This document shows positions 8,399 to 19,083 of a stretch of 64,000 bases of DNA, in pieces. The position numbers and the translations under genes are program-made. Numbering within the stretch: position 1 is the first letter of the stretch; the number at the start of each line of letters is the position of its first letter. Source of the stretch: a virus; IMG/VR virus record IMGVR_UViG_3300032516_000009, positions 32,001 to 96,000 of that record. One strand, given 5' to 3'. The notes under the pieces were generated by a model. The model was not told the DNA's origin. It saw only the letters and a list, made by a program, of their open reading frames with translations, and made no database searches.

Positions 8399-11176
8399 CT
8401 ACGAACAACCGCTGGATTGTCCGCAAGAGTCGCAAAGGTAACACGCTCCGTTCCTACGCATGATGGAACCACAAACGGCACATGGAGGAGCATCCATGGA
8501 CATGCTCGGTGGTCTAACACTCTGAGACCATTCATGTGATGCATCTTCGACTGATTCTTCTGAATTCACGTTATCAGAAGACCTCTTATTGAGCCCAGTG
8601 ATTTCTCCTCCAAAATACTTAATATCTAACAATTTGAATAAATAATCATATAGACTGTCAGCAAATCTGATCCTAGAATTCTTAGTAAACCCTGATGGGT
8701 CAAATTTAGTATGGGCAAAACTACGAATGAGTTTATCCAATGGTACTCCATATTGGAGAGCAATACTCAATAATTGAGTAAACCCGTCAATGAACCCGTT
8801 CATAGTGGACCCGCTCTTACCAAGCTTAAGGAAAACTTCGCCCAACGCCCCATCAGGATACTCATTCATAATGACGTATCCTTTGCATTCACCGATTTCG
8901 AATCTATGACGGGATCCGTTGCAGTCCTCAGGTAACGGTTTGCGCTGAGTTACGTAAACAGGAGCTATCTCCGTCTTGTTATTTATCTTATCTTGCTTGG
9001 TCTCGAGCGGCTGAGATTTCTTACAGCCATCTCGATAAAGAGCGAGACATTTGATTCCAAGTTTCCACCCCTCCATATAAAGATTCGCTATCTCTTCTGC
9101 TGTGATATTATTAGGGAGATTGATCGTCTTGCTTTGCGCGCAAGTGATCAAAGGCTGGATGGCGGCCATCATTTCCAAATGTGCCATTGGGGATAAATAT
9201 CTCATGGAAGGACCAGTCGGCGCCGCACAATCAAATATTGGGAGATGATCCTGTTGCAGTCCGGGAGCCCCTTCAATATAGCCATTATCTTTAACATATT
9301 CGTATATCGATTCGACTGCATTGTGTGAATATCCAAGCCTGTTTAAAGCATCATGTATGGTGTGATTCACCAAGATTTCCTGTCCACCGCCAACCATTGA
9401 TTTATATGATACTAGCGAATAAGCCGGCTCTATACCAGTGGTATCCATGCCCATCATAAAAGAAGTTGTCCCGAGAGGGGCCTGAAGGGTTGCTTGGGAC
9501 ACGCTGTACCCGAATTTATGTCCCAGTCTTATTACTTCACTCCAGACTTCAGCACTCCTGGAAACTACGTCATCTCCAAGTAAATCTTTATCTATGCCCC
9601 ATCTATCGCATATATTCGCATTGGCTTCCTGATGCATTTTCATAATGCCGAGCATTTCTGATCGATTCTTCTCAAAATCGGGAAATGCACCACGTCTCGC
9701 CGCTAACTTAGACGAAACCAAATATGCATTACCAGTCATCAGACTAGCAAGACGAGCCGCAATTGAGCGGCCTTCATCAGAATCGTACCCATGTCCCAAT
9801 CTCATCAATAGAGCCCCGAGGTTTCCATAATTCAATCCAATAGATCGAAGCTGATGAGTATTCTTAGTAATTGCCTCGGTTGGATATGATGCTTTGTCTA
9901 CAATAATATCCTGAGATACTACGAAGACTCTGATTATGTGCTCGAAATGATCAATCCTCAATTCATCACGATCATTGAAGAATTTAGTTAGATTTATGCC
10001 ACACAAATTGCAAGCTGAATCGTCGATATTTAAAAACTCTGCACATGGATTCGATGATCTAATTTTTCCACTATTAGGCACCGTATGCCAACGATTGATC
10101 GTATCAGTATATTGAATCCCGGGATCTCCACACATCCAGGCTGCCTGAGATATTTCCTTCCATAAGTCCTTGGCCTTATATTTATGGATAACTTCGTTCG
10201 TCAATCTTCCCTTTGTAAACCATTCTTCATCATTTATAACAGCCATCATGAACGAATCAGGTATACTAACTGAATGATTTGCATTCTGATACATCACATT
10301 CTTGTATGCAGAATTTGGATCATCGTATGCTGAACTATATCCTATATTAATTAAATCGTGTGCTCTTTTTTCTTCAACAGCTTTGCATTTAATAAATCCG
10401 GGTCTTCCATCCCTTGTTTCTAGAATATCAGGATGGTCCATATCCAGAACAACTATCTTCGCAGCGTTACGCGTAGCGCCGCCAGATTTCATGGCTCCAG
10501 CAAACTGATCTAAACCACGCATAAATGCAATTGGTCCAGAGGTATACGATCCAGCTGAGATCTTTTCATATGAGGATCTGAGATTCGAAAAATTAGCTCC
10601 GGAACCAGATCCACTCTTAAAGATATTGAGTTCAGTTGATTGGAATGCAATAATTTCATCTAACGAATCACCAACGCTAGAAATAAAGCACGCTGATGCT
10701 ATATGTTTACGTCCTGGTACACCTAAATTAAACCAAACTGGAGAATTGAATGATCCAAATTGATGAAGCATAGCATAAATTAACTCATCTTCATATATTT
10801 CAGCATCAGAATTCGTATCAAAATATCCCTGCTCTTCTCCCCATTCACGTAAACAACTCGCCACCCTGGACAGCATTTGTTTAACTGAATCTTCTCGTAT
10901 TTCATTAATAACTCTAAAATATTTCTCAACGACTATGTTTGTGGTTGTCTGATTCCACCATGATGGAACCTCAACATTCCTTTGTTCAAATTTAATCTCG
11001 CCTTTATCTGATATAATGCGAGCATCAACTCGCTTCCATTCAACAGTATTGAATGGATGCAGTCCTTCTACGGTGAAAAATCTATCCCAATGACCGATGT
11101 TTATCCCTTCGGACAAAGAACTCTCCGGTCGACGTATATTATTCATAATATTAACGATTGCTACGTCGTTTGACAT
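8399..11176 (-). CDS. nrdJ: class II (B12-dependent) ribonucleotide reductase
   Basis: FNSPVWFN, SACFI, NPCAEF, ACNL, TTGIEP, SKTINLP, LYRDGCK, C-terminal domain with Zn ribbon. Confidence 0.95.
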   Translation of the reverse strand: MSNDVAIVNIMNNIRRPESSLSEGINIGHWDRFFTVEGLHPFNTVEWKRVDARIISDKGEIKFEQRNVEVPSWWNQTTTNIVVEKYFRVINEIREDSVKQMLSRVASCLREWGEEQGYFDTNSDAEIYEDELIYAMLHQFGSFNSPVWFNLGVPGRKHIASACFISSVGDSLDEIIAFQSTELNIFKSGSGSGANFSNLRSSYEKISAGSYTSGPIAFMRGLDQFAGAMKSGGATRNAAKIVVLDMDHPDILETRDGRPGFIKCKAVEEKRAHDLINIGYSSAYDDPNSAYKNVMYQNANHSVSIPDSFMMAVINDEEWFTKGRLTNEVIHKYKAKDLWKEISQAAWMCGDPGIQYTDTINRWHTVPNSGKIRSSNPCAEFLNIDDSACNLCGINLTKFFNDRDELRIDHFEHIIRVFVVSQDIIVDKASYPTEAITKNTHQLRSIGLNYGNLGALLMRLGHGYDSDEGRSIAARLASLMTGNAYLVSSKLAARRGAFPDFEKNRSEMLGIMKMHQEANANICDRWGIDKDLLGDDVVSRSAEVWSEVIRLGHKFGYSVSQATLQAPLGTTSFMMGMDTTGIEPAYSLVSYKSMVGGGQEILVNHTIHDALNRLGYSHNAVESIYEYVKDNGYIEGAPGLQQDHLPIFDCAAPTGPSMRYLSPMAHLEMMAAIQPLITCAQSKTINLPNNITAEEIANLYMEGWKLGIKCLALYRDGCKKSQPLETKQDKINNKTEIAPVYVTQRKPLPEDCNGSRHRFEIGECKGYVIMNEYPDGALGEVFLKLGKSGSTMNGFIDGFTQLLSIALQYGVPLDKLIRSFAHTKFDPSGFTKNSRIRFADSLYDYLFKLLDIKYFGGEITGLNKRSSDNVNSEESVEDASHEWSQSVRPPSMSMDAPPCAVCGSIMRRNGACYLCDSCGQSSGCS

Positions 11177-12077
11177 TCTTTACTTCCTCCGATAAACGAA
11201 CGATTTCTAATTCTAGTCCGAGATGAGCAGAATCATCTCCACGCTTGTGTGCGATATCTAAGGCGCATATGATATCTAAACTATGGAGTAAAGATTGTCT
11301 ACTCCACAACCCGACACGCGGCAGTATCACATTCTTGTAAACAAATGGGTGCACGCCAACCCTCTCAATGATACTGTTGATCGGCGTCTTTTCGATTATT
11401 AACGCATCGATTCTTATATATTGCAATACATGACGCTGTAGGTATGCTATAATCCACCCGGTTTCGTCCGCTCTCTCCTGGAGCATATCGTAAAAAGCCA
11501 ACGCCCGATCGGTATATCCCTCGCATATTGCGTCCACAATTCCCTTAGGAGACAACTCAGCAGAAAAGCAAATAAGAGCTTTTGCTATTTCCGGTCTGAC
11601 ACTATCCCCAGAGGAGGTGAGAATCGCCAGCTTACGAATCTCGGATGAGATTTTTCGTAGGCTCTTTCCATGGCTCACAAAAAGGGCACCAGCAACTGGA
11701 CTTAGATCTATATTAAGAGATCTACCCTCATCGAGAATCCATTTTATTATTTGGTTATTAGATTCGAATGTCTTGAATTTTGGAAAATTATGTATTCTTC
11801 TAGCTCTATCATCCTTCAATGCTTTCTCTTTAGATACTAAAATTAATATATCAGAATTACCAAAAGGCAATTCCGGGATCTGATCAACGTTCCAAAGAAT
11901 GAATACCCTGGACTCGCCAGAAAGTGGAATGCTTTGTATTTCATCTAAATACTGAGGTAAATTCGATTCACAATCGAATTGGATAATGCTTCTGATTAAC
12001 GAACTGCATGCTTCATCAAAAGCTGCCCGCTCTTTGAGAAATTCTTCCTCCCCATTAATAATGATAAGAGTGGACAA
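11151..12077 (-). CDS. holA: DNA polymerase III delta-like clamp-loader subunit
   Basis: IIINGEEEFL, SEIRKL, DIAHKRG...LELEI; adjacent to delta'. Confidence 0.75.
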   Translation of the reverse strand: MSTLIIINGEEEFLKERAAFDEACSSLIRSIIQFDCESNLPQYLDEIQSIPLSGESRVFILWNVDQIPELPFGNSDILILVSKEKALKDDRARRIHNFPKFKTFESNNQIIKWILDEGRSLNIDLSPVAGALFVSHGKSLRKISSEIRKLAILTSSGDSVRPEIAKALICFSAELSPKGIVDAICEGYTDRALAFYDMLQERADETGWIIAYLQRHVLQYIRIDALIIEKTPINSIIERVGVHPFVYKNVILPRVGLWSRQSLLHSLDIICALDIAHKRGDDSAHLGLELEIVRLSEEVKNVKRRSNR

Positions 12078-12093
12078 TGTTCTAAATAATACA

Positions 12094-12900
12094 CTAAAAT
12101 GCTAAACAAGCTCTCTGCCAATGAATTTCGGCATTAATTGACGGAATTCTTTTTAGATTTGAAACAAAAGATAATAAATTAATGGCAATATTGCGATCAA
12201 GCTTCTGCCCTAGAGAATCCCTAATAGCCATAGAACAAATACGTGAAACAATATCTATTTCGATACTAGATTTACTCGAAATTTTCTTAATAACATCAGG
12301 GATTGAAACAACCATTGGGTTTACAAGGCCGGTGACTATATTGATCATAAGTTTATATAATTCTTCATATGATTTATCACTGATTATTTCATGATATAAA
12401 CCGGGACGACCATCACATACTTTAATTGCGAATTCATCAATTGATAGAGACTCCGCATTGATGAATTCTTCCATTTCAGATCTAGTCAGAGGATTCCACC
12501 CTATTCTACGTGTAATTCTGGAATGTAGTGGGCTCAGAAGCCAATGATCGTCATTACAAATGAGAAATATCTTCAAATGTTCAAACGGCTCTTCAAACAA
12601 TTTCAGGTATGCATCCTGAGCCGGCTCGCTAAGACGATCAGCACCATTTATGACCAAGGCCTGGAATGGGCTGTATATGGACGAGATCGATAAAGAAGAT
12701 GCAACGTATCGAGCTGCGTCTATTGTGTGATCAACTACGAATATATCAGAATCAGTAAATACAACAGCATGCAACTGCTCCATAATGAAACTATGTTTTC
12801 CAATATTCGATGGACCAACTATTGCGATGACTTCAGATATAGAATTATTCAGAGTTGTCTTTAGAATTTCCTGCTGCCGGGAGTTTCCGAATATTTTCAT
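12094..12900 (-). CDS. holB: DNA polymerase III delta'-like clamp-loader subunit
   Basis: GPSNIGK, ADRLSEPAQDAYLKLFEEP, LLSPLHSR. Confidence 0.8.
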   Translation of the reverse strand: MKIFGNSRQQEILKTTLNNSISEVIAIVGPSNIGKHSFIMEQLHAVVFTDSDIFVVDHTIDAARYVASSLSISSIYSPFQALVINGADRLSEPAQDAYLKLFEEPFEHLKIFLICNDDHWLLSPLHSRITRRIGWNPLTRSEMEEFINAESLSIDEFAIKVCDGRPGLYHEIISDKSYEELYKLMINIVTGLVNPMVVSIPDVIKKISSKSSIEIDIVSRICSMAIRDSLGQKLDRNIAINLLSFVSNLKRIPSINAEIHWQRACLAF

Positions 12901-13069
12901 CCGTGACTCTTTTGATAAGACGCAATTCTATCTTCACTTCATAAATACACTTACACTCCTCACACATAAATTGATTGACCAACCCAATATTTACAAGCGG
13001 GCTAGAGCAATTAATGCAATAAAATGTCACTAAATCCCTTGGAATGTCCCACCAACCATCACAGTCCAA
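12845..13069 (-). CDS. small Zn-ribbon protein (true start probably internal)
   Basis: CINC...CEEC. Confidence 0.4.
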   Translation of the reverse strand: MDCDGWWDIPRDLVTFYCINCSSPLVNIGLVNQFMCEECKCIYEVKIELRLIKRVTDENIRKLPAAGNSKDNSE

Positions 13070-13278
13070 CTATAACCGCATTTCTTACATTTATAGCTAA
13101 CATAAGTGGGGGACCCAGTCGGCATTAAATAAGCAGTTTTACTATCACAATGTTGACTTGGCTGATCAGCTGACGACTGGGCGGTTCTTCCCGGATCTGA
13201 AGCAGCATTACGACGACATGCAATCAATACTTCTTTTAGTTCTTCTTGACTCATGTTGGAACTCCTCGACCTGCCCAT
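13030..13278 (-). CDS. small Zn-binding protein
   Basis: C...CDS...YKCKKCGYSW. Confidence 0.55.
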   Translation of the reverse strand: MGRSRSSNMSQEELKEVLIACRRNAASDPGRTAQSSADQPSQHCDSKTAYLMPTGSPTYVSYKCKKCGYSWTVMVGGTFQGI

Positions 13279-13595
13279 TCCAACTGTACCAATGCAAGTA
13301 TTTTATTTAGTGTCATTTTGTGTGTATCGGCCGGAAACATTGGAATATCAATTCTTCCAGCAATATTCCTACATTTAATAAAATCAGACTCGAGAATTAT
13401 CCATTTGTCTCGTCTATTATTTGGGTCACGTAGTGTAACGACTCGATTTCCACCCAGTATTTTAGTCACTGAAATCTGCAGTTTATTTGTTTTTAGTTTA
13501 TAAATTAGCATCGGAAACTGTTCGCTGGCATACTCTAATGTCGCTAGTCTTAATCTTCTCCCATTAACAAACCTATCGCCAGTAATAGAGTCCAT
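13251..13595 (-). CDS. hypothetical protein
   Basis: Co-oriented ORF in a tight operon. Confidence 0.55.
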   Translation of the reverse strand: MDSITGDRFVNGRRLRLATLEYASEQFPMLIYKLKTNKLQISVTKILGGNRVVTLRDPNNRRDKWIILESDFIKCRNIAGRIDIPMFPADTHKMTLNKILALVQLEWAGRGVPT

Positions 13596-13597
13596 GA

Positions 13598-14707
13598 CTA
13601 AAGAAATGCAATCCTATTGGCCATGGCTACTAACTGAACAACTGACGCCTTCTTTTCTGATTTAAGAGTCTTCGGAAGGACGTCACTATGGAACATATCC
13701 CAGAGTGTGTTGACTTCCCTAGATGTTAAATTATACTCAACATATTGTTCTATTTTATCCAATAACTTTTTCCTGGTGTCTGTAACAAACCCAGACCATC
13801 TTTTACCGTATCTGTCTAATATGGCCTGCGCTCGCGGACTTTCTTTATTTGATGGATCATTTGCTATCTCTGTTAATTTTTCTTTTAAGGCTGTCGATTG
13901 CCCCATGTTTTCCTTAATATCTGATGCAAACGATCCGATACCATCATCAAATATTAACTCAAACATTGACTTTTCAGCAAGATCAAGCCCATCCTTTAAA
14001 TCAGGTATGAATTCATCAATTACGTCTAAAAACTCTTTGATTGCTGTTTTATCATCTAGAGCTTGTCCCAGTGGAGACATCTGTGGGGTCGGCATTCTCT
14101 CTTCGCCTCTAGCACGAGGACCGCCCTCTGTGGGACGTTGTCCAAATGCCTCGTCTAGAGATTTTTCCTTAAGCTTTTGGGCTTCCATCATCACAGGTTC
14201 GCCCTTGGTATCGACAAGAGGTTTGCCCTCCGAATCAAGCTTTTGTACCATCTCTTTGGTAAATTTGGTCCTAGACCTACTAATTCCTCTACGACGTAGA
14301 TTGTTATAAATGGCTCTCAAGGCGTCTTCCCATTTATCAAAGTCCTTCTTAAAATTCCATGGCTCGCCTTTAACAGCCTCTTTCGTTATTTCACCAGTCT
14401 CCTTATCTACAACTTCTCGTGGGGTATCGGTCCCGGTAGTGATATAAGTAAGAAATTCCTGTATCAAATCCATCGCATCTTCTGGACTTCGCTGCAATTC
14501 TCTTTTGGCTATATTGAACATCTTATGCCCGACTTGCGCCGGGTTTATATCAACGGTCTGATCCGGATATTGCTTTTTTAAAATATCAAGTACTGCCCTA
14601 CCAAAATTGGCAACAGTATCGGCGTATTTCTGAATTGCAGCTATGAAGAGCCGTACTCGATTGGCTATACGAATAGTCTGAAGGTTAGTTATAATATCCA
14701 TTACCAA
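13598..14707 (-). CDS. hypothetical protein, possibly a divergent sigma-like factor
   Basis: EDAMDLIQEFL resembles ECF region 2; KSLDEAF resembles region 3. Confidence 0.4.
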   Translation of the reverse strand: MVMDIITNLQTIRIANRVRLFIAAIQKYADTVANFGRAVLDILKKQYPDQTVDINPAQVGHKMFNIAKRELQRSPEDAMDLIQEFLTYITTGTDTPREVVDKETGEITKEAVKGEPWNFKKDFDKWEDALRAIYNNLRRRGISRSRTKFTKEMVQKLDSEGKPLVDTKGEPVMMEAQKLKEKSLDEAFGQRPTEGGPRARGEERMPTPQMSPLGQALDDKTAIKEFLDVIDEFIPDLKDGLDLAEKSMFELIFDDGIGSFASDIKENMGQSTALKEKLTEIANDPSNKESPRAQAILDRYGKRWSGFVTDTRKKLLDKIEQYVEYNLTSREVNTLWDMFHSDVLPKTLKSEKKASVVQLVAMANRIAFL

Positions 14708-14725
14708 CTAAATCAGACTAAAAGA

Positions 14726-16246
14726 CTATTGATTCATTTCATGCAGACATTGACGATTGATAGCTGCTGTGATTCTGCTTTCCGGGTAGGAAAAATAAAT
14801 AGACATATCTCTAACTGACATCCCGGCATCATATAGAGTGGAGAATAGCTGAGTCCTGGCTACAACCGCCTGCCCCACAACAGACGACCCGAGTAGTTCA
14901 CTATGTGAGCAATCGCACTTTCGACATACAGAATTGATGGTATTCTTAATTTTGTGTTCAGGAATGCTGGCCCCACGAAGTTTACGGAGAGCAAAATTGT
15001 GCAGCCTATGAACCCGTGGTACGCGTATGCCTGATTGTTCCGCATATTGTCGAACAGTCATCTCAAGGATATCTACGGATCGAATAACCTCTAACTCTTC
15101 TGGAGTGAGATTAGCCCCATTAAGTAACCTCTCAACGTCATTTTGGATATCGACAATATCAAATTGCATTCTAGCTTTAGGATCCAACACCACACACTGA
15201 CGTGATCCGTCTTCCTCATCGGATTCCCATCCAACTAATTCAGATTCATCCTCTCCAGATGATACCCCATCATTTAGAATCATCTTCGCGAGATCGTCAT
15301 TGCGAGTCAACGATTTGAAGTTATTTATAACTTCGTGTTGAATGATATAACTTGTATACTTCAACAGCCCGGCATCTATTCCAGGAGTGAGCGGGTATTT
15401 ATTTCCGCATTTATCGCAACAAGCGACGGGCCCGTGAAATTCATCCAATTCTTTGACGATAATATGAGTTTCGGCATTCGCCCGACACTTTGGGCATTTC
15501 TTAGGACAAGGCTCCGCCTGACGCATAATATAAAGAGGAACAGTCGATACAATATTGTCTCTACGCCAATGACGTAAGAATGGTGTTAATTGCGCGTCAT
15601 TCCATCGTAATTTTTTAACATCAGCCTCAACATCAGGATCATCCCATCTATGGGCCAAAGATAATTTCTTGGCCTTCAGAGATGCACGCCCCCTTTTACA
15701 CTCTGGACATTTATCCCCGATGCATGCATGCTCTGTCAGTTCAGCTGGCTTCAATCTCCCCTGTCTATAGAGAGAGGCCAACGACTCATAGGACTTCAAA
15801 GGGTAACCTAATAATCTCAGCACATGATCGCTATCGATAGTGTGCTTTTGAATTGAATAATAATATCGTTCATAATCAAATTTGGCATAATTTAGCAGAT
15901 CGATGACCCGCCATAACGAGTCCGGACTGGACCTCGGGAGGCTATCTTCGACTGGATATAAAGATCCGATATATATAATTGGGGCGCCGCCGAGAATACG
16001 CTCAGCCTGTGTTCTATCAACAAGCTCTTGATCGAGCCTATGTTTAGGGCTGAAAAACCATCGTCCAATAGAATCCTTTGCTAAGAAACGGAGGCGAGCC
16101 CTCTGTACCGTATCATCGATTCTATCCTTATTTCTCTTGAAACTCCTGGATACTTGTAAATGTATCCAAGGGTGCCATTGCACCAGGAAAGACTGATTAC
16201 TCGGAATATCGACACGGCAATACTTCATCATGTCCCCATGCGGCAA
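14726..16246 (-). CDS. divergent sigma-factor-like protein with Zn ribbons and a C-terminal DnaA-IV-like HTH
   Basis: Region-4-like LTPEELEVI...MTVRQYAEQSGIRVPRVHRLHNFALRKLR; CPEC, CPKC, CDKC. Confidence 0.6.
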   Translation of the reverse strand: MPHGDMMKYCRVDIPSNQSFLVQWHPWIHLQVSRSFKRNKDRIDDTVQRARLRFLAKDSIGRWFFSPKHRLDQELVDRTQAERILGGAPIIYIGSLYPVEDSLPRSSPDSLWRVIDLLNYAKFDYERYYYSIQKHTIDSDHVLRLLGYPLKSYESLASLYRQGRLKPAELTEHACIGDKCPECKRGRASLKAKKLSLAHRWDDPDVEADVKKLRWNDAQLTPFLRHWRRDNIVSTVPLYIMRQAEPCPKKCPKCRANAETHIIVKELDEFHGPVACCDKCGNKYPLTPGIDAGLLKYTSYIIQHEVINNFKSLTRNDDLAKMILNDGVSSGEDESELVGWESDEEDGSRQCVVLDPKARMQFDIVDIQNDVERLLNGANLTPEELEVIRSVDILEMTVRQYAEQSGIRVPRVHRLHNFALRKLRGASIPEHKIKNTINSVCRKCDCSHSELLGSSVVGQAVVARTQLFSTLYDAGMSVRDMSIYFSYPESRITAAINRQCLHEMNQ

Positions 16247-16334
16247 CCACTGTGCCGGCTTCGGAATTTGGTCCCAGAATACTGGAGACCGTCTGGCTCT
16301 ACATCTTACACTCTAACACGGTCGATTTTCGCGT

Positions 16335-17189
16335 TCAAGATTTTGGATGAAGACCTATAACAATTTCGGTTTTAGCAAGCGGGCTCGAGTTTATTATCCC
16401 ACCATGTAGGATATCCATGACTTCCCGATCAGTCAAGGGGGGTTTGTCGTTAGTCAACCAGTCCTGTGCCTTTTTAACTCTATATCGCGAAGGCGCCCAA
16501 TTGACAAGACATTTACCAGCTCCATATACACTAAGCCGATCTTCGATCGGAATTTGTGTACACGAGAAAAAAGATTTCCGAATAAGATTCAACCCTATAC
16601 GGAAACACTTCATACGGTCAGTAACCAATTCATTCCCACCCCACCCTTCATTGGGATCAGATGTCATTTTATAGGCATGCCCATTGAGTAATATGCGAGT
16701 TCTAGTATTACCATCTAGTCCGGGTCTGCCTAATAGCACCTGCATCATGCACCATGATTGGCCGTTATCCCCTCGAGCCAGCGGACCTATTCCTAAATCA
16801 ACGTCTTTGCGAAATCCACTTTCAAAATAAGCCACAGATAGTATTAGAGCTAGTGTTCTGGCACGGCCATATTTGCCAGAAAATATAGGTGGCTCCTCGG
16901 GATCATATATTACAGAAATAAGTGCATTAGCAATCTCTTCATATCTTTGTTTGCCAACTTCAGGAGTCTCTCTGGCATCTTTAACCAGAGATCGTCCCGG
17001 GGGCAACCACGATACCATTCGGTTGACAACCCATTGATGTAGAGAAGTGACGCTAATAGTCTGCGCTTGAATCGCTTGAATGGGGTTAATCAATATTACT
17101 TCATTTTGGTTTTCCTCTTGTGCCTGGGTTGATCCTGTCAGTCCGATCAATCCTAACATCAAAATAACTAAGATCACCTTTTTGAACAT
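16335..17189 (-). CDS. secreted lytic-transglycosylase-like protein
   Basis: Signal peptide; VAYFESGF and SWCMMQV resemble SLT ES and GLMQ motifs. Confidence 0.55.
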   Translation of the reverse strand: MFKKVILVILMLGLIGLTGSTQAQEENQNEVILINPIQAIQAQTISVTSLHQWVVNRMVSWLPPGRSLVKDARETPEVGKQRYEEIANALISVIYDPEEPPIFSGKYGRARTLALILSVAYFESGFRKDVDLGIGPLARGDNGQSWCMMQVLLGRPGLDGNTRTRILLNGHAYKMTSDPNEGWGGNELVTDRMKCFRIGLNLIRKSFFSCTQIPIEDRLSVYGAGKCLVNWAPSRYRVKKAQDWLTNDKPPLTDREVMDILHGGIINSSPLAKTEIVIGLHPKS

Positions 17190-17249
17190 AGCTTTACCTG
17201 TTCTTGTACATGATAGGACTCAATAATTTGATCACAAACCATGACAAGA

Positions 17250-17528
17250 TTATAAAACGCGAATTAACTCGATGTACTGAGTAAGACCGGTTAGCGATGG
17301 CTTATCCGTTCTATATACCAGTTTGCAACGAGTCACTTCGTACGGTCCTTCAACTAATCGAGAATGACTTGTGCGCGGATCTTTTAACGTAAGGTAAAAT
17401 TCCACTACCAATCCTTTCGTTAGTACTGGTAAATCCGGAGCCCTGTATTCATAATGAACTGGGAGGTCCAGAAAAACCAAAAACGTCCTGATGTTCCCAC
17501 CTACGCTAGTCGATCCACCAAAAGTCAC
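17250..17528 (-). CDS. hypothetical protein
   Basis: ORF with upstream GGAGG. Confidence 0.5.
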   Translation of the reverse strand: MTFGGSTSVGGNIRTFLVFLDLPVHYEYRAPDLPVLTKGLVVEFYLTLKDPRTSHSRLVEGPYEVTRCKLVYRTDKPSLTGLTQYIELIRVL

Positions 17529-17682
17529 TCCCTCCTCACTTTCTATTTGTTATTCGTCTCCAATTTTAAATTTGATGATCCAATGTTCACTCTACTGTAA
17601 CTGCTGTCTCTACTGCCGTTTCACGTGTTCAGACTTCAACATTCAATTTCTTCGAAATTGGAATAACATAGGATAGATCGAA

Positions 17683-17937
17683 ATGAGAAAAAGAAAAAGA
17701 AAACAGTGTTTTCTTTTGAATGAAAGAGGCGACAACGTTCAGTTGGCTGCTTTCATCGAGCAATTTGCTCTGCGTTTTTCTCGAGATCTTCAGAGTGACT
17801 CCCTCCGTCAGTTGAATGAGGTAACCTATGTTTTCCTCACTGAGGTTCCCATGACATTGTATCGTCATGTAGTGCCTCACGGTCCGACCCTATGCGCATC
17901 ACTCTACACTCACAAACAGTCTATTCGTTATGAATAA
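17683..17937 (+). CDS. hypothetical protein
   Basis: Overlaps the start of the next + strand gene. Confidence 0.45.
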   Translation: MRKRKRKQCFLLNERGDNVQLAAFIEQFALRFSRDLQSDSLRQLNEVTYVFLTEVPMTLYRHVVPHGPTLCASLYTHKQSIRYE

Positions 17938-18634
17938 AGATCGATCAAATATTATTGATCAAATAGATAAATGTCTCAAGAGAATGTCCGGATCTAAGGA
18001 TCGCCCTTATTTCAAACAATTTCTAGAAAGAATTATAATAAATAATATCGTTCCTGTTGAATTATTGGAAACGATCCCAAAATTAGTTACTTCGGCTGGT
18101 AAAACACGGTTTGATCAAATTTATGATGCTGCGCTATATTTAGTCTTCCCTAAATATAGAAGAGAAACACTAAACAAATTACTTGGGCCAGAGTTGAATA
18201 AAAATGATATTAAGATCTGGCGGATAATGCTGCCAGATAAATTCAAAATCAGTCATGTACTAATCAGGGCAGATTCTTGTCAACAAGCCTTTGCCCTTGG
18301 TTGTGACTATGCATGTCGGATGTCGTTAAGAATGTATGGAAGAATCCCGACTGATTTGACCATTCGAGTTCAATTTGTGAGTGAGAAAGCTGTTAGACGA
18401 ATGCTTGATCTCAGATGGGCAAATCGAGTGCATAAAAGGAAACAATTGCAATTAGTCGGTAGAGAGTATTCATCAAAGGAGATAGTTGGGGCTCGTTTAG
18501 CCGCTATCGGCCATCCGATACAGTCCAACTATTCAATAGCTAAATATGCTGAAAACAAGGATCTCAAACGATTGTTATGTAAGAAAGGAATACTGCGCAT
18601 ATCATCAGTTGAAACAGAAATATTTAAAAAGTGA
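17930..18634 (+). CDS. hypothetical basic protein
   Basis: 234-aa ORF. Confidence 0.6.
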   Translation: MNKDRSNIIDQIDKCLKRMSGSKDRPYFKQFLERIIINNIVPVELLETIPKLVTSAGKTRFDQIYDAALYLVFPKYRRETLNKLLGPELNKNDIKIWRIMLPDKFKISHVLIRADSCQQAFALGCDYACRMSLRMYGRIPTDLTIRVQFVSEKAVRRMLDLRWANRVHKRKQLQLVGREYSSKEIVGARLAAIGHPIQSNYSIAKYAENKDLKRLLCKKGILRISSVETEIFKK

Positions 18635-18639
18635 TCTAT

Positions 18640-19083
18640 TTATAGATATATAACCATGGTTTTTTGGGCATTACACGTAGCAATAACAGGTTTTTCCGAT
18701 TTTGGTCCAATTTGATTTGAAGTATAACCAAATTGTTTTAATGTCTCAATCTCATCTATAGAGTTATGTCCTTTCTTTGAATATGAATTGAAAAATTCTA
18801 TCGGATTTAACTGTTCGCTATTATTTTTCTTCCAATTTGATTTGATCTGATCACATTTTGTACACGCATGTGGAAAACCAGACCTAGATGGTTTTATCAT
18901 TTGACATTTTCGTCTTGAAAATTCTTTTGAACAGAAATCACATCTAAGCACAATCAATTTGATGCTACATCGACTGATGTCTTCAATACGATAACCATAA
19001 ATTTCATGTGTACGGTTTGATAACAACATAGGGAGTACTCCATGCAACAGGGAAAAATTAATTTTATCATCGACCAGGCACAT
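18640..19083 (-). CDS. Zn-finger protein, probable truncated homing-endonuclease N-terminus
   Basis: CDFC, CTKC; ends abruptly after SEKPVIATC. Confidence 0.4.
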   Translation of the reverse strand: MCLVDDKINFSLLHGVLPMLLSNRTHEIYGYRIEDISRCSIKLIVLRCDFCSKEFSRRKCQMIKPSRSGFPHACTKCDQIKSNWKKNNSEQLNPIEFFNSYSKKGHNSIDEIETLKQFGYTSNQIGPKSEKPVIATCNAQKTMVIYL

